The translations under genes were made by a program, and so were the position numbers. Under the pieces are notes generated by a model. It did no database searches, was not told where the DNA came from, and saw only the letters and a program-made list of their open reading frames with translations. Positions 9,480-20,125 of a stretch of DNA of 64,000 nt are shown here, in pieces. Every line of letters begins with the position of its first letter. Position 1 is the stretch's first letter. This DNA comes from a bacterium (lineage in GTDB: Bacteria; Hinthialibacterota; Hinthialibacteria; Hinthialibacterales; Hinthialibacteraceae): the NCBI GenBank assembly GCA_963663405.2, contig CAXXSM010000150.1, positions 32,001 to 96,000 of the forward strand, given 5' to 3'.

Positions 9480-10628
9480 CTATTTCCAAGAGACGCGCGG
9501 AAGAATTTTTGATGGATCGATATTGTCTTTATAACGAATAACGGTCTCAAGCATCTGAGCGATCACGTCATCTGTCATATAATGGGGTTCCAAACCCAGA
9601 TCCAGTAAACCTTGATGAACCGGGTTGTAATAATGCTCTTCCGGTTCCTTCCGTGGATTTTCGATCGATTTTGCTGTTACATTCAAACCGAGTTGGTTGC
9701 CCACGCGCTGTACTTTTTCAGCAATTTCGTTGACAGACATTGTTTCGATAAATTGATTCAAAATGCGCAATTCGCCTTTTGGTACCGGATTATTAACCGC
9801 CAAGTCTACGCACTGCAATGTGTCATTAAGATTTAGATACCCTCGCGTTTGCCCGCCTTTTCCAAATATTGTAAGCGGGATACCAGCTACGGCTTGCACA
9901 ATAAAACGATTGACAACAGTGCCGAAGATATCATCATAATGAAAATTCGGAGCGAGCCGTTCATCCCGATCTACCTCCGGCGTAGAGATCCCATAGACAG
10001 GTCCCTGCATTAAGTCGGTGACTCGAATTCCATAGGTTCGTACGTAAAACCAAAGGAGGTCGGTATCAAGAACTTTTGTTGTATGGTAAAGACTTCCCGC
10101 TTGCCGGGGATATAAGAATTTATGGGAACGACCTTTATGATGAATATCAATCCATCCTTCTTCGATGTCAATATTCGGTGTTCCATACTCACCCATTGTT
10201 CCCAGTTTGACGATTTGACATTCCGGACAATTCTGCATAACCGCCCATATCACATTTAAAGTCGCCGTCAAGTTATTTGTCATCGTAAGCCGGGCTTCAT
10301 CATAATTCTTCATACCATACGGCGCCGCAGGCTGTTCGGCGTAATGAACGACGGCGTCAGGGATAAAATCAGAGAAGATACGATCCATAAATCGGAAATC
10401 ACAGCAATCTCCAATTTCCACTTGGATCGTTTTCCCAGAGGTGTCCTTATAGATACGCGCGCGTTGGATTAAGTTCGGATTCTCGATTAACGCCTCGGAA
10501 TCGGTTTGTTTGGCTATTGTCCTTCGTAAATAATTGTCGACAACCATTACATCATGTTCCCGTTCGGCAAAATACATGGCTGTCGGCCAACCCAGATACC
10601 CATCACCGCCTAAGACTAAAATACGCAT
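9480..10628 (-). CDS. sqdB: UDP-sulfoquinovose synthase (SqdB/SQD1/Agl3 family)
   Basis: GGDGYLGWPTA, LGTMGEYGTPNIDIEEG, SLYHTTKV.D and ENPRKE.EEHYY all intact. Confidence 0.92.
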   Translation of the reverse strand: MRILVLGGDGYLGWPTAMYFAEREHDVMVVDNYLRRTIAKQTDSEALIENPNLIQRARIYKDTSGKTIQVEIGDCCDFRFMDRIFSDFIPDAVVHYAEQPAAPYGMKNYDEARLTMTNNLTATLNVIWAVMQNCPECQIVKLGTMGEYGTPNIDIEEGWIDIHHKGRSHKFLYPRQAGSLYHTTKVLDTDLLWFYVRTYGIRVTDLMQGPVYGISTPEVDRDERLAPNFHYDDIFGTVVNRFIVQAVAGIPLTIFGKGGQTRGYLNLNDTLQCVDLAVNNPVPKGELRILNQFIETMSVNEIAEKVQRVGNQLGLNVTAKSIENPRKEPEEHYYNPVHQGLLDLGLEPHYMTDDVIAQMLETVIRYKDNIDPSKILPRVSWK

Positions 10629-10692
10629 GATCTACACTCCTTCTTGCCATGGATGATTCATCCTGTTCTCTCCAACGCAATGATTAAGGCAT

Positions 10693-11763
10693 TCAACGCG
10701 AGCTATCCATTTCTGAAGACAATAAATTATGTAAATGCAAATATTTTCTTAATTCCTCTTTTGGCATCGCCTGGCCGGCTTTTGAATTGTATGGATGCTT
10801 CACTTGACCGGTGATGAATCCGGGATAGTGGTAATCGATCGAATCATATATTGATTTAAACGCGGGAGTGACTACATAGTAATTCTTTAATTCAATCGTT
10901 CTTCGCGTTTCTTCTTCGTTGATTAATTCTTCATACATTTTTTCGCCGGATTTAACGCCGATGATTTCGATGGGCACATCGCTGGGATCCAAACCGTAAG
11001 CAGGGGCCAGTTCTTCAATCATCACTGCGGCCAGATCCTGTATTTTTACAATCGGCATTTTTGTAACAAAGACTTCTCCCCCACGCGCTAAAAATACACT
11101 TTCCATAACGAGCCGGACGGCTTCTTCTAATGTCATAATGAATCGCGTCATACCGGTGTCAGTCAGTGTAACCGGCCCTTTGGAGGCGATTTGACGCTTA
11201 AACAACGGTATAACCGATCCGCGCGAGCCTAATACATTGCCAAAACGTGTTGAGGAAAAGATCGGACGTTCTCCTCGGCGGAGTGAATGCGCCGCAGTAA
11301 AAAGCCGCTCACCCATCAGTTTGGATGTGCCCATGACATTCGTTGGATTGACAGCCTTGTCTGATGAAGTGAATACAACACGATGAACATGATTCACAAT
11401 AGCGGCGTCAATAATATTCTGGACACCTAGAATGTTAGTCTGCACGGCGTCACGAGGCGATTCCTCGCACAAGATGACATGCTTTAACGCGGCGGTATGC
11501 AGGACAATATCAATTCCATTCATCTTGTGGATTAATTTCCCCCGATCCCTGACATCGCCTAAATAAAAATGAACCGCTGGATTTGTCCGATAGGTCTCGT
11601 TTAGGAAAAATAAATCACTTTCATTATTGTCAATCCCGATAATCTCAGCCGGTTGATATGGTATCAATTGCCGAAGTAATTCATGGCCAACAGTGCCACA
11701 AACGCCTGTGATTAAAACATGTTGTTCTTGCCAAGGATTCATCGGTTTTCCACAATCTTTCAT
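10693..11763 (-). CDS. Polysaccharide biosynthesis protein, UDP-GlcNAc 4,6-dehydratase-like (CapD/PseB family)
   Basis: HTAALKHV, SSDKAVNPTNVMGTSK, RFGNVLGSRGSVIP and GEKMYEEL. Confidence 0.9.
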   Translation of the reverse strand: MKDCGKPMNPWQEQHVLITGVCGTVGHELLRQLIPYQPAEIIGIDNNESDLFFLNETYRTNPAVHFYLGDVRDRGKLIHKMNGIDIVLHTAALKHVILCEESPRDAVQTNILGVQNIIDAAIVNHVHRVVFTSSDKAVNPTNVMGTSKLMGERLFTAAHSLRRGERPIFSSTRFGNVLGSRGSVIPLFKRQIASKGPVTLTDTGMTRFIMTLEEAVRLVMESVFLARGGEVFVTKMPIVKIQDLAAVMIEELAPAYGLDPSDVPIEIIGVKSGEKMYEELINEEETRRTIELKNYYVVTPAFKSIYDSIDYHYPGFITGQVKHPYNSKAGQAMPKEELRKYLHLHNLLSSEMDSSR

Positions 11764-11771
11764 GAGATACG

Positions 11772-14005
11772 TTAGCCGTCCGTTTCATCCACAATTCCCG
11801 ATGGCTCTTTTCGATCGCTGACTTTTTCATGCTCGCAGCTATGTTTATCAAGCATACTTTCTAATTTCCAAAAGAGACCTTCATTCTTTTTTAGATCCTT
11901 AAAACTGCCGGCTTCTACGATCTGGCCATTGTCCAGCACATAGATCCAATCCGCAATGTACAATGTTTTCAAATGGTGCGTCACCATTAATATAGTTGTA
12001 CAATCACGCAACGAATCGAGTAATGCTAAAATCTGTCTTTCACTCTCGCTATCCAGCGCGCTGGTCGCCTCATCGACAATCAGCAGTTCTGGATTACGCA
12101 CAATCGCGCGTGCAATGGCTAATCGCTGCCGCTGCCCAACCGAAAGAGAAACGCCGCTTTCTCCAACGAGTGTATCGTATTGGTCAGGCAATCGCATAAC
12201 AAACTCATGCGCGCCGGCCTGCTGAACTGCGTGTACAATATCCTCCATTGAAGCCGAAGGATTGGCGCATTGAATATTTTCACTTACGGAAAGGTTGAAT
12301 AAGAATGTGTCTTGTGAAACGTATCCAATACGTTTCCGCCATTCGCGTATGTTAAGATCGTTCATTGATTTGTTGTCGATGCGAATAGAACCTTCATTCG
12401 ATTTTTGCAGGCCAATTAACAAATCGCAAATGGTTGATTTGCCCGATCCCGAAGGCCCTGCGATGGCGGTAATCCCATGCCGTGGGATTTCTAGATTTAG
12501 ATTTGTGAATAAAGTAGATTGTTCATCAAACGAAAAACCAACATTTTGAAATGAGATATTTTTCTCAATCTTGTTAAACCCTATACCACTATCCAATGAT
12601 TCCCGCTCAATATTTTGATTCACGAGATCATTCGCCAAGTGAATGGAAGGTAAATACGATATCAGCGTAATCCTCTTTGATAACATCTCAGAGAGATTTA
12701 AAAACAATCGTTGAGACGCAATAACAAAGAAAGCGATTGTAGGAATAATCGTATCGATAGGGCCGATTTGCGCATAAATATAATAAAGAAGTGATCCGAG
12801 TAATATGGATACGATTAACAATTCAACGATGACTCGCGGTAATTCAGCAGCCACACCGATCCGTACAATCAAACGCATCAATCGATCGATCTTCTTTTTA
12901 AATAGCGATAATACTCGATTCTCCAGCGAAAAGGATTTCACTTGCCGGATCCCCGAAAGACTTTCCGCGCAGAGTCCGCTAACTTGCTGGTTTAAAAAAA
13001 TTTTTCCTGACCGATCCCATAGGAATAACGCTGACTGATCCCCCATTGGAGAAGGACAACAATGAAACCTGCGGCAAACGAGATCAGCGTAATAAACCAA
13101 TTTTCAATAAACAATGCGATCGTAATACATACAACAAAGGCAAAACGGCCTAAGAAATCGATCGCATCCGTCAAACCTTTGGACGCAAAGATAGGTTCTG
13201 TGATTACATTATTCAACAAGACGCCATGTTGTTGCCTGCTTAGAATTCGATAGGACGAAAAAATATAATTTTGTAAAACATTGCACGACCAATATCCACG
13301 TAAATTGGTTAGAAAAATCTTGGAAAGATACGTTCGAGTTAGGATCAAAAGATTTTTGATAAAGATCAGTAAAAACGCGATCACGCAGACAATCACCAAG
13401 TGATATTCTTTCTGAAAATAGTAAGACAAATAGGAAAGCAAGATCGAATGCCCGCGTTCATACATGATCAGATCAGGAAAAATGTCTCTAAAAAGATACC
13501 GATTGAATAGTTCGATTTGTTCTTGACTTAAATTTGAGAAATCTTTATCTATATAGTTCCTTGTTTCAGAAGATAGTTTTAGATTGCGGAATGAATCTTC
13601 TTGATAGAAATCGGGTTGTTTCAGTAGTAAATTTAATTCACTAATTATACGTTCCTGATCTTCTTCATTTAGAGGTTTTTGATTGGAGATATCCTCGACG
13701 GCCTTTTGAGACTCTTCTGTTAAGCGAATATAGATTTGTTTTCCTGGATTGGGTAGTTCCTGGCTTTTTGCGTTTAACAATTCTACACAAAACTCTTTCC
13801 AATCGTCAATCGATTCAACGGTTAATTGAAGATCGCTGTCATTCTCTCCAGGCGTTAATATCGCCTTAAGTAAAGGCAGGATCATCCCCAAACTTAACGT
13901 TTCCGCCACCGCCGTAAGCATGATGACCGCGAAAAGGATCATGGCGAAGTATTTATACGGACCGAAGATCGACAAAGAAAAAAGATATTTTGATTGTTTA
14001 GACAT
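11772..14005 (-). pseudogene. ABC exporter (MsbA/PglK-like, TM+ATPase), frameshifted at ~12994-13005, probably a sequence error
   Basis: N-terminal TM half from ATG 14005 (coupled to upstream TAA); C-terminal half has GPSGSGKST, LSVGQRQR and DEATSALD; adding one base to the A5/T7 run joins the halves (..QEKIFLNQQV..). Confidence 0.85.
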
Positions 14006-14976
14006 TATTTCTGAAATAGTTCGATTAGTTTTTTGATCGTGTATTGTTCCGTTTTCGCCCACGCGTCATAGGTGGAACCGCCAATGTGCGGTGTCAGCAG
14101 TAAGTTATCGTGTTCCCGCGCATAGCGCAGAAGTGGATGATCGGAAAATTCAGAGGAACCGGAAAAGCCTTTTTTAAATTCTCCTGGAAAAACATCCATC
14201 GCCGCCCCTGCGATCCGTCCGTTTCGCAATTGTTCGAGAAGCGCGGTTGGATCAATAATCTCCGCTCGCGCTGTGTTGATAAACACGGAGCCGGATTTAA
14301 ACGCTGCAAATACATCCGCGTTAAGTAAATTCTCTGTCTTTTCATTGTGCGGAACATGCAGGCTGATCACATCATTTTCTGAAACTAATTGCATCAAATC
14401 GCCCACGCGGTTGACGCCTTCGATCCCTGAATCGTCGACATATGGATCGTAATACTGCACACGCATTCCAAAACACAATCCATACCGCGCGACGATACTT
14501 CCTAAACGCCCTAAACCGATGATCCCCAAAGACATGGATGAAAGCATAGCCTGACCTGGAAACAAGCGCCGGTTCCAAATTCCATTCTTCACAGAATCAA
14601 AGGACCAGGGAGTACGCCGAATCAAAGCTAGAAGCAATCCCCATGTATGTTCAGCTGTGGGAGTAATTGTCTGCAGGAATTCCTGCTCATTCGCGAGAGA
14701 AATGACAGCGATCTTTTTTTCCTGCGCGTAGCGGACATCGATGTGAGGCACACCCGTCGTATTGGAAGCGATGGCTTTTAATCGCAGGCATTGATCGATT
14801 TTCTCATTTCCACAGAAAAAACCCAACGGCGCGAACGTGCAGTCAATTTCCTTTAACACTTCAGGTGTGTCTTCTTCAGGATCTTCCAATTCAATGACAT
14901 GAAAGCGATCGTGAAGTAAAGATAAAGAACCAGACTGAAACTGCAGCATGGAATAGTATAAAACGGTTGGCTTCAT
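14005..14976 (-). CDS. D-isomer-specific 2-hydroxyacid dehydrogenase (phosphoglycerate dehydrogenase-like)
   Basis: GIIGLGRLG, INTARAEIID, DVFPGE and LTPHIGG. Confidence 0.88.
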   Translation of the reverse strand: MKPTVLYYSMLQFQSGSLSLLHDRFHVIELEDPEEDTPEVLKEIDCTFAPLGFFCGNEKIDQCLRLKAIASNTTGVPHIDVRYAQEKKIAVISLANEQEFLQTITPTAEHTWGLLLALIRRTPWSFDSVKNGIWNRRLFPGQAMLSSMSLGIIGLGRLGSIVARYGLCFGMRVQYYDPYVDDSGIEGVNRVGDLMQLVSENDVISLHVPHNEKTENLLNADVFAAFKSGSVFINTARAEIIDPTALLEQLRNGRIAGAAMDVFPGEFKKGFSGSSEFSDHPLLRYAREHDNLLLTPHIGGSTYDAWAKTEQYTIKKLIELFQK

Positions 14977-15013
14977 TATTGAAATAATCTTTATTGTAGT
15001 AACAAAATCATCA

Positions 15014-15109
15014 TCTGAATCAGGATAGACTGGATTATTATGATTAACAGGATATGTAGTAAAAAAATCTTCCTGAAAAATCCTTCCATTCTGGACATCC
15101 TGATTCAGA
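15014..15109. repeat. Intergenic palindromic REP/MITE-like element
   Basis: Perfect 13-bp inverted repeat TCTGAATCAGGAT / ATCCTGATTCAGA with nested GGATT/AATCC and CAGGA/TCCTG. Confidence 0.65.
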
Positions 15110-15165
15110 CAAAGAAAAATATTCTATCTTTCTATACTCTGGTAATTTAGGAAATTCGAATTATC

Positions 15166-16323
15166 TTAATACGTCATCCGCTTATTAAACAACGAAGGGC
15201 CAATATCAACTGTCGACAATACATCCGCAATCTTGTAGCAGGAAGGTTTATCCCCATAAGGGGAAACACAATTCTGAATTTTCGCTTTAAAATTTTCATC
15301 ATAAAGGCATGTCTTCAAAGCTTGGAGTATCGCCTCTGTATCCGTTTCTACATGAATGCAGTTTTCCGCCCGCTGGCGGTCGGATTGCCGTGGCCCCACC
15401 GTGATGGATGGAAGTTTGAACGTTGGCGTTTCAATGATACCTGCGCTGGAATTGCCAACAAACACACTCGCCACGTTTTGCAATCCCCAAAAATCCTGAC
15501 ATTCAATATTGGGATAGATCTGCACTCCATCGCTTCCCCGCGTTTCTTCGATTGCCTCTACAATTCCAGCGTAATCCGAATCCGTGCAGGGATAGACAAA
15601 AATCTTTTGCGCATCGACTTGCATTACCGCATCGACAATGGATTTCATTTCTTTGTAAGAAGCGCCATCGGCGCAGGTATCGGAATGCTGCAAGATCAGC
15701 AGTAATGGCCGGTCTGGATCAAGGTTGAATTTTTTTTGGATCTCTTCCCGTGACGTGTATTCGCCCATATGAATCATATCGAGATGCGAATCCCCAACGA
15801 CATGCACGCGCCAAGGTTCTTCGCCCATTTGGATAATCCGTTGCGCGCTGGCTTCGGTCGATGGAAAATGGATATGAGACATTTTCGTAATCGCATGCCG
15901 GATAAATTCATCAATATTTCCTGAGATGTCACCGCCTTGGATATGAGCGATGGGGATACGAAAATGAATCGCGGTTACAACGGTCGACAGAATTTCACCT
16001 CGGTCACCTAACACTAATAAGATATCCGGATTCTCTTGATGAAACACCGACGACATCCAATCCATACATCGTGAAAGCGCTTTCGTACGATCGATTGAAC
16101 GGTCGCCCTCCTGATCCATAGGAACCAAGTGCCGTATATCAAACCACTGCTGCACTTCGTGATACGTATTACCGAAATCTTCATAGAGATGTTGATCGGT
16201 CGCAACAATGACAATTTCCACACCGGGGCGCCGGTGCAGTTCTTTCAATGTCGGGATGATCGCGCCGAAACCACCACGTTTTCCAGTGACGACTAATATT
16301 TTTCTCGATCGACTTGCTTTCAT
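15166..16323 (-). CDS. neuC: UDP-N-acetylglucosamine 2-epimerase (hydrolysing), variant copy
   Basis: LGDRGE, HIQGGD.SG.IDE.IRHAITK.SH.HF and GNSSAGIIE; atypical N-terminal GKRGGFG. Confidence 0.9.
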   Translation of the reverse strand: MKASRSRKILVVTGKRGGFGAIIPTLKELHRRPGVEIVIVATDQHLYEDFGNTYHEVQQWFDIRHLVPMDQEGDRSIDRTKALSRCMDWMSSVFHQENPDILLVLGDRGEILSTVVTAIHFRIPIAHIQGGDISGNIDEFIRHAITKMSHIHFPSTEASAQRIIQMGEEPWRVHVVGDSHLDMIHMGEYTSREEIQKKFNLDPDRPLLLILQHSDTCADGASYKEMKSIVDAVMQVDAQKIFVYPCTDSDYAGIVEAIEETRGSDGVQIYPNIECQDFWGLQNVASVFVGNSSAGIIETPTFKLPSITVGPRQSDRQRAENCIHVETDTEAILQALKTCLYDENFKAKIQNCVSPYGDKPSCYKIADVLSTVDIGPSLFNKRMTY

Positions 16324-16326
16324 TTA

Positions 16327-17382
16327 TTATTCCTGTGGAGTGACTGTATGACCTATCATTTCCAATGTAATCAATGTGTCTGCGCTTACATTTACATTCA
16401 GCGAAGCGCCTAGGATTTCGTTCAGTCGTTCAGGAGAAATCCCATTGCCTGGACGCTTAAACGTAAGATCTTCACGGCGCAGGATTGTCCCCGCTGAAAG
16501 ATCATGTTTTGCTACAATACTTTTTCTCGCCCACAACAGGCTTTTTTCCTCATTTAGAGTGCGGAGCATTTCCTTCGAACCGAGGGCCGCTTCCAAGCGG
16601 CGCACGCTACTGACAAATTCCACTAATTCTTCTGGATCACAAGCCACCTTCCAATCCTGCGCGTTGGGGATGTTTTTCTCAAGCGTAATATGTTTTTCAA
16701 TAATCGAAGCGCCTAACATGACCGAAGCGGCGGCGATATCGTGTGTCGCGCAGTGATCCGAATATCCAACAGGTCCTAGAAATAATTCTCTTAGTGTTGA
16801 AATAACTTTTAAATTAACATCTTCCGGGGGCGTGGGATAACTGGTCACGCAGTGCATCACCGCGACTTGACGGGCCCCTTCTTGCTGAAGCGCACTAAGA
16901 CTCTGTTCCAATTCTTTTTGTGTATACATTCCAGTCGAGAATACAATCGGTTTCCCCTTCTTTGCGACAGCGCGGAAAAACTCTGGATTACTGACTTCTC
17001 CAGAACCGATTTTGTACAACGGTGGATTCAGAGTCGAAAGAGCGTCTAGACTTTCCAGATCGTGCGCCGTAGCAAAAAAGAGAATCCCCGCGTCATTCGC
17101 GTATTCTTGAATGGATTGAAATTGGTCAATCGTCAGTTCTTTACATTGCATCCTCTCCGTCCATTCACTGTTCTGTGAACTGATTAGCGAAGAGGTGCGA
17201 AAGATTTGAAACTTAACCGCATCCGCTTTGGCTTGAACCGCCATGTCAACTAATTGATACGCTTTTTGGACATCACCGAAATGACTAACTCCCGCTTCCG
17301 CAATGATAAAGCATGGAGCGTTCCCACCGATTTTCCTCTCACCAGCGTAAAAGAAAGGAACAAAGAATTCTCGTTCAATCAT
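16327..17382 (-). CDS. neuB: N-acetylneuraminate (nonulosonate) synthase family, copy 1
   Basis: IIAEAG, KFQ, KIGSGE, HCVTSYP, GYSDH, IEKH; C-terminal SAF domain (KRPGNGI). Confidence 0.92.
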   Translation of the reverse strand: MIEREFFVPFFYAGERKIGGNAPCFIIAEAGVSHFGDVQKAYQLVDMAVQAKADAVKFQIFRTSSLISSQNSEWTERMQCKELTIDQFQSIQEYANDAGILFFATAHDLESLDALSTLNPPLYKIGSGEVSNPEFFRAVAKKGKPIVFSTGMYTQKELEQSLSALQQEGARQVAVMHCVTSYPTPPEDVNLKVISTLRELFLGPVGYSDHCATHDIAAASVMLGASIIEKHITLEKNIPNAQDWKVACDPEELVEFVSSVRRLEAALGSKEMLRTLNEEKSLLWARKSIVAKHDLSAGTILRREDLTFKRPGNGISPERLNEILGASLNVNVSADTLITLEMIGHTVTPQE

Positions 17383-17426
17383 ACGAAGATACCAAAAATA
17401 AGTTTTTAATTACATATGATGAATGG

Positions 17427-18539
17427 TTAAGGATGCTCGTGTCGGTTCCATAGCACATTTTGCTGAATAACTGATGTGTCAATTCGATCTTTGGCTTGCA
17501 GAATTTGGTGAAAGCAATCCCGCGTCAATGCGTCTTTAACAGTGATTCTATCCTTTGAAAGATTTCCGGAAGAATCTGTTGTCTGTGGAAACGTTCCATC
17601 CGCGGTTTCTTTCCTCGGATTCGAAACGGATTTAATTTCTACGGAATAACCTGCGTTTTTGGCTTGCTGTTGAACAATTTCCGCTAATTGATTGATGGTG
17701 AGTGTTTCTAAATATTGAATTGCAGTGCGAATGGAACCGGGGATTGGAGATTCCTGTATCGACCTCTCAACACAAGAAATAGCGTTATCGATATGCAATA
17801 ACGCGCAGGTTCGGTTCCCTTCCCCATAAACAGTCAAGGGATAGCCGATTGCTGCTTGCACAGTAAAGCGGTTTACAACCGATCCAAACACTTCATCGTA
17901 ATGAAAGGCGATATGTAAGTATGGATGCAGTTTTGATTCATCCGTTTCGAAACCGTAGACAATACCTTGCTGTAAGACAGTCGCCTTCATTCCCCAATTT
18001 TGACAGGCGAATTGTATATTCTGCACACACTGAACATCCGCCACATGATAGAAAGACGCAAAACTGGATGAAGACGTATTATCTTCACCTTCGCATTTGT
18101 GTAATCCCTGTATCGAGATTAGATGAATGTCCCGCTCCGCCCGTTGGACAGCGAAGAGAACGTTCAAGATTCCCGTGACGTTGTTTTGATGGGTCAACAC
18201 CGCGTTCGCGCGGTTTTTCATGGAGAAGGGAGCCGAGGGCTGACCAGCGCAGTGTATGACCACATCCGGCTGCGCTCTGTCAAAGACGTGATAGATAGCC
18301 CCTACATTTGTCATATCACTAATGTAGTACTGGATCTCTTTTCCTGTCATCTCACGGAATTTCGCGACACGCCGGTGAATGGGAAATACTTCAAACAGCG
18401 GTTCGGCCCCCATTTCCATTTCCCATTTCCGCTTGATCAGGTTATCCATAATAGTGACATCATAACCCAGCGACGCCAGGCGCATAGAAAGAGGCCATCC
18501 AATGTATCCATCCCCACCGATTACAAGTACTTTCGTCAT
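17427..18539 (-). CDS. SqdB-like NAD-dependent epimerase/dehydratase, degenerate active site
   Basis: GGDGYIGWP, QPSAPFSM, YDEVFGSVVNRF and NPRKE match SqdB; TMGEYG lost and YxxxK reads YHVAD. Confidence 0.8.
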   Translation of the reverse strand: MTKVLVIGGDGYIGWPLSMRLASLGYDVTIMDNLIKRKWEMEMGAEPLFEVFPIHRRVAKFREMTGKEIQYYISDMTNVGAIYHVFDRAQPDVVIHCAGQPSAPFSMKNRANAVLTHQNNVTGILNVLFAVQRAERDIHLISIQGLHKCEGEDNTSSSSFASFYHVADVQCVQNIQFACQNWGMKATVLQQGIVYGFETDESKLHPYLHIAFHYDEVFGSVVNRFTVQAAIGYPLTVYGEGNRTCALLHIDNAISCVERSIQESPIPGSIRTAIQYLETLTINQLAEIVQQQAKNAGYSVEIKSVSNPRKETADGTFPQTTDSSGNLSKDRITVKDALTRDCFHQILQAKDRIDTSVIQQNVLWNRHEHP

Positions 18540-18542
18540 GAA

Positions 18543-20084
18543 TCAATTCCTATTCGTTTTTTCTTCCAACACCCGGCGGATAGTATAGGTTGCGATATCA
18601 TCAAACTGCTCTTCTACCGTTCGATCGTGTTCAACGATGGTTCGCCCGCCTTTGGCTAACAACTGAGTGAACAAATTAGCGCGCACACTGCCTTTGATAT
18701 GCGCGGCGATATACGCGATAATACTGGATTCGTCAAATTGATAGTTCTCAAGCAAACAACGGATCGACGCGCTTAAATCATATATACTTCTCACATGATG
18801 TACCATGCTTTCCGGAAACACATAATAGGGGCTGATTCCCAACGTGATTAATGGGATCTTCCGCATCACCGCTTCCAAGCCGATCGTGCCATTGATGACA
18901 AGAACCATTTTGGCGTGTTCTAAAATATTCTGCGAACTGACTGACGATTCAATCAATAAAACATTGGGTATCGCGAGAATTTTCTTATAATAATCAACAG
19001 TGCGAAATCCCCATGCGTTGGGATGATCTTTCACGACAAGTTTCCACGTCACCGGCAGGTTCATGGCGATGTTGCGTATCGTTTCAATTTGATTCTGATA
19101 TGGCCGGCCAAACACCGACAACGCCACTTCGGGTTCGGTATGCATGGGATAAAACGCGTAGGTATGATTGGCTAATTCCTTTGGAGAAGTATATAAGGAA
19201 CGCAATCCCCGCTGAATCCGCCGCGCCCGTAAAGGCTTAATCAATCGATTGTGTATCTCCGAAGTTAACACACCTGGAAAATGATTGTCGTTGTATGCGG
19301 GTGAACGCCAATACTGAATACAATTTGTCAGAAAACCAAGCGCATTTTTAGCAGGGAGAACTTTTTCCTTTGTCTCTTTTTTTAACTTGATCGCGCCTTC
19401 GTAGGTCAGCAGTTTATTTCTCGTTCGTTGATAGAATTCAGCCGCTTCCTGGTAAGCGGCGTCATCGTTCACGCTCCCATTCCGGTAATCCTTGAAGGCG
19501 TTGTAAATATGAGGAGACAGTTCAAACGGATCAGTAAAGAGAGATATGTAGTTCTCAATCCGCGTCAGTTTCAATTGTAAATAGGGAACGCCGCGCCGCT
19601 TCGCGAAAAGGTAATAGAGATAATCGCAAAACGTTACCGCGTTCAGCGCCAAAACCGCGTCCGGTTGAATTTCATCAAACTGCTTTTCAATCGAGTGAAG
19701 CGCTTCCTGAAGAATTTGCAGCATCCGATCGTGGCGGAACCGGGGAACGTAATCCTGCTGAAACTTACATTTATTCCCATGATAGATTCTTCGGTCAGCA
19801 ATCAAGGCGTTCCATAGCGTCGCGTCGCCGATCTGCTTTTCATACCTAGACAGCAGATCGAGATCGAGATCGGTCTGCGGAGCCTTCTGCGTAATTTCCC
19901 ATTCTTTGACAAGAGAGAAATGGCCCGATTCAAATTCAGGGAATTCTTCTGCGATTTTTAAATATTGATAGTGATCGGCAACGGAAAAACCCGCGTGGTC
20001 CAATGCGCCTTGCCGCCGGATCGCCTCCATCATACGCCAAAAAATACGCAGCCCTGTGGATTGTGTGACAAAGATTAAATTCAC
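18543..20084 (-). CDS. Capsule polysaccharide biosynthesis protein (KpsS/Capsule_synth-like, possible ulosonate transferase)
   Basis: FYPMHTEPE, LVVKDHP and GTIGLEA motifs. Confidence 0.7.
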   Translation of the reverse strand: MNLIFVTQSTGLRIFWRMMEAIRRQGALDHAGFSVADHYQYLKIAEEFPEFESGHFSLVKEWEITQKAPQTDLDLDLLSRYEKQIGDATLWNALIADRRIYHGNKCKFQQDYVPRFRHDRMLQILQEALHSIEKQFDEIQPDAVLALNAVTFCDYLYYLFAKRRGVPYLQLKLTRIENYISLFTDPFELSPHIYNAFKDYRNGSVNDDAAYQEAAEFYQRTRNKLLTYEGAIKLKKETKEKVLPAKNALGFLTNCIQYWRSPAYNDNHFPGVLTSEIHNRLIKPLRARRIQRGLRSLYTSPKELANHTYAFYPMHTEPEVALSVFGRPYQNQIETIRNIAMNLPVTWKLVVKDHPNAWGFRTVDYYKKILAIPNVLLIESSVSSQNILEHAKMVLVINGTIGLEAVMRKIPLITLGISPYYVFPESMVHHVRSIYDLSASIRCLLENYQFDESSIIAYIAAHIKGSVRANLFTQLLAKGGRTIVEHDRTVEEQFDDIATYTIRRVLEEKTNRN

Positions 20085-20125
20085 GGATTTATTTTCAAAT
20101 TAGAGAACAAAAAAGGCAGAATGAA

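Noticed and set aside
9480-10628. Ordinary sulfolipid (SQDG) biosynthesis locus
   Set aside because: No recognisable sqdX/sqdC/sqdD next to sqdB and the context is surface-glycan export; not fully excluded because the GT4 at 4171 is unassigned.
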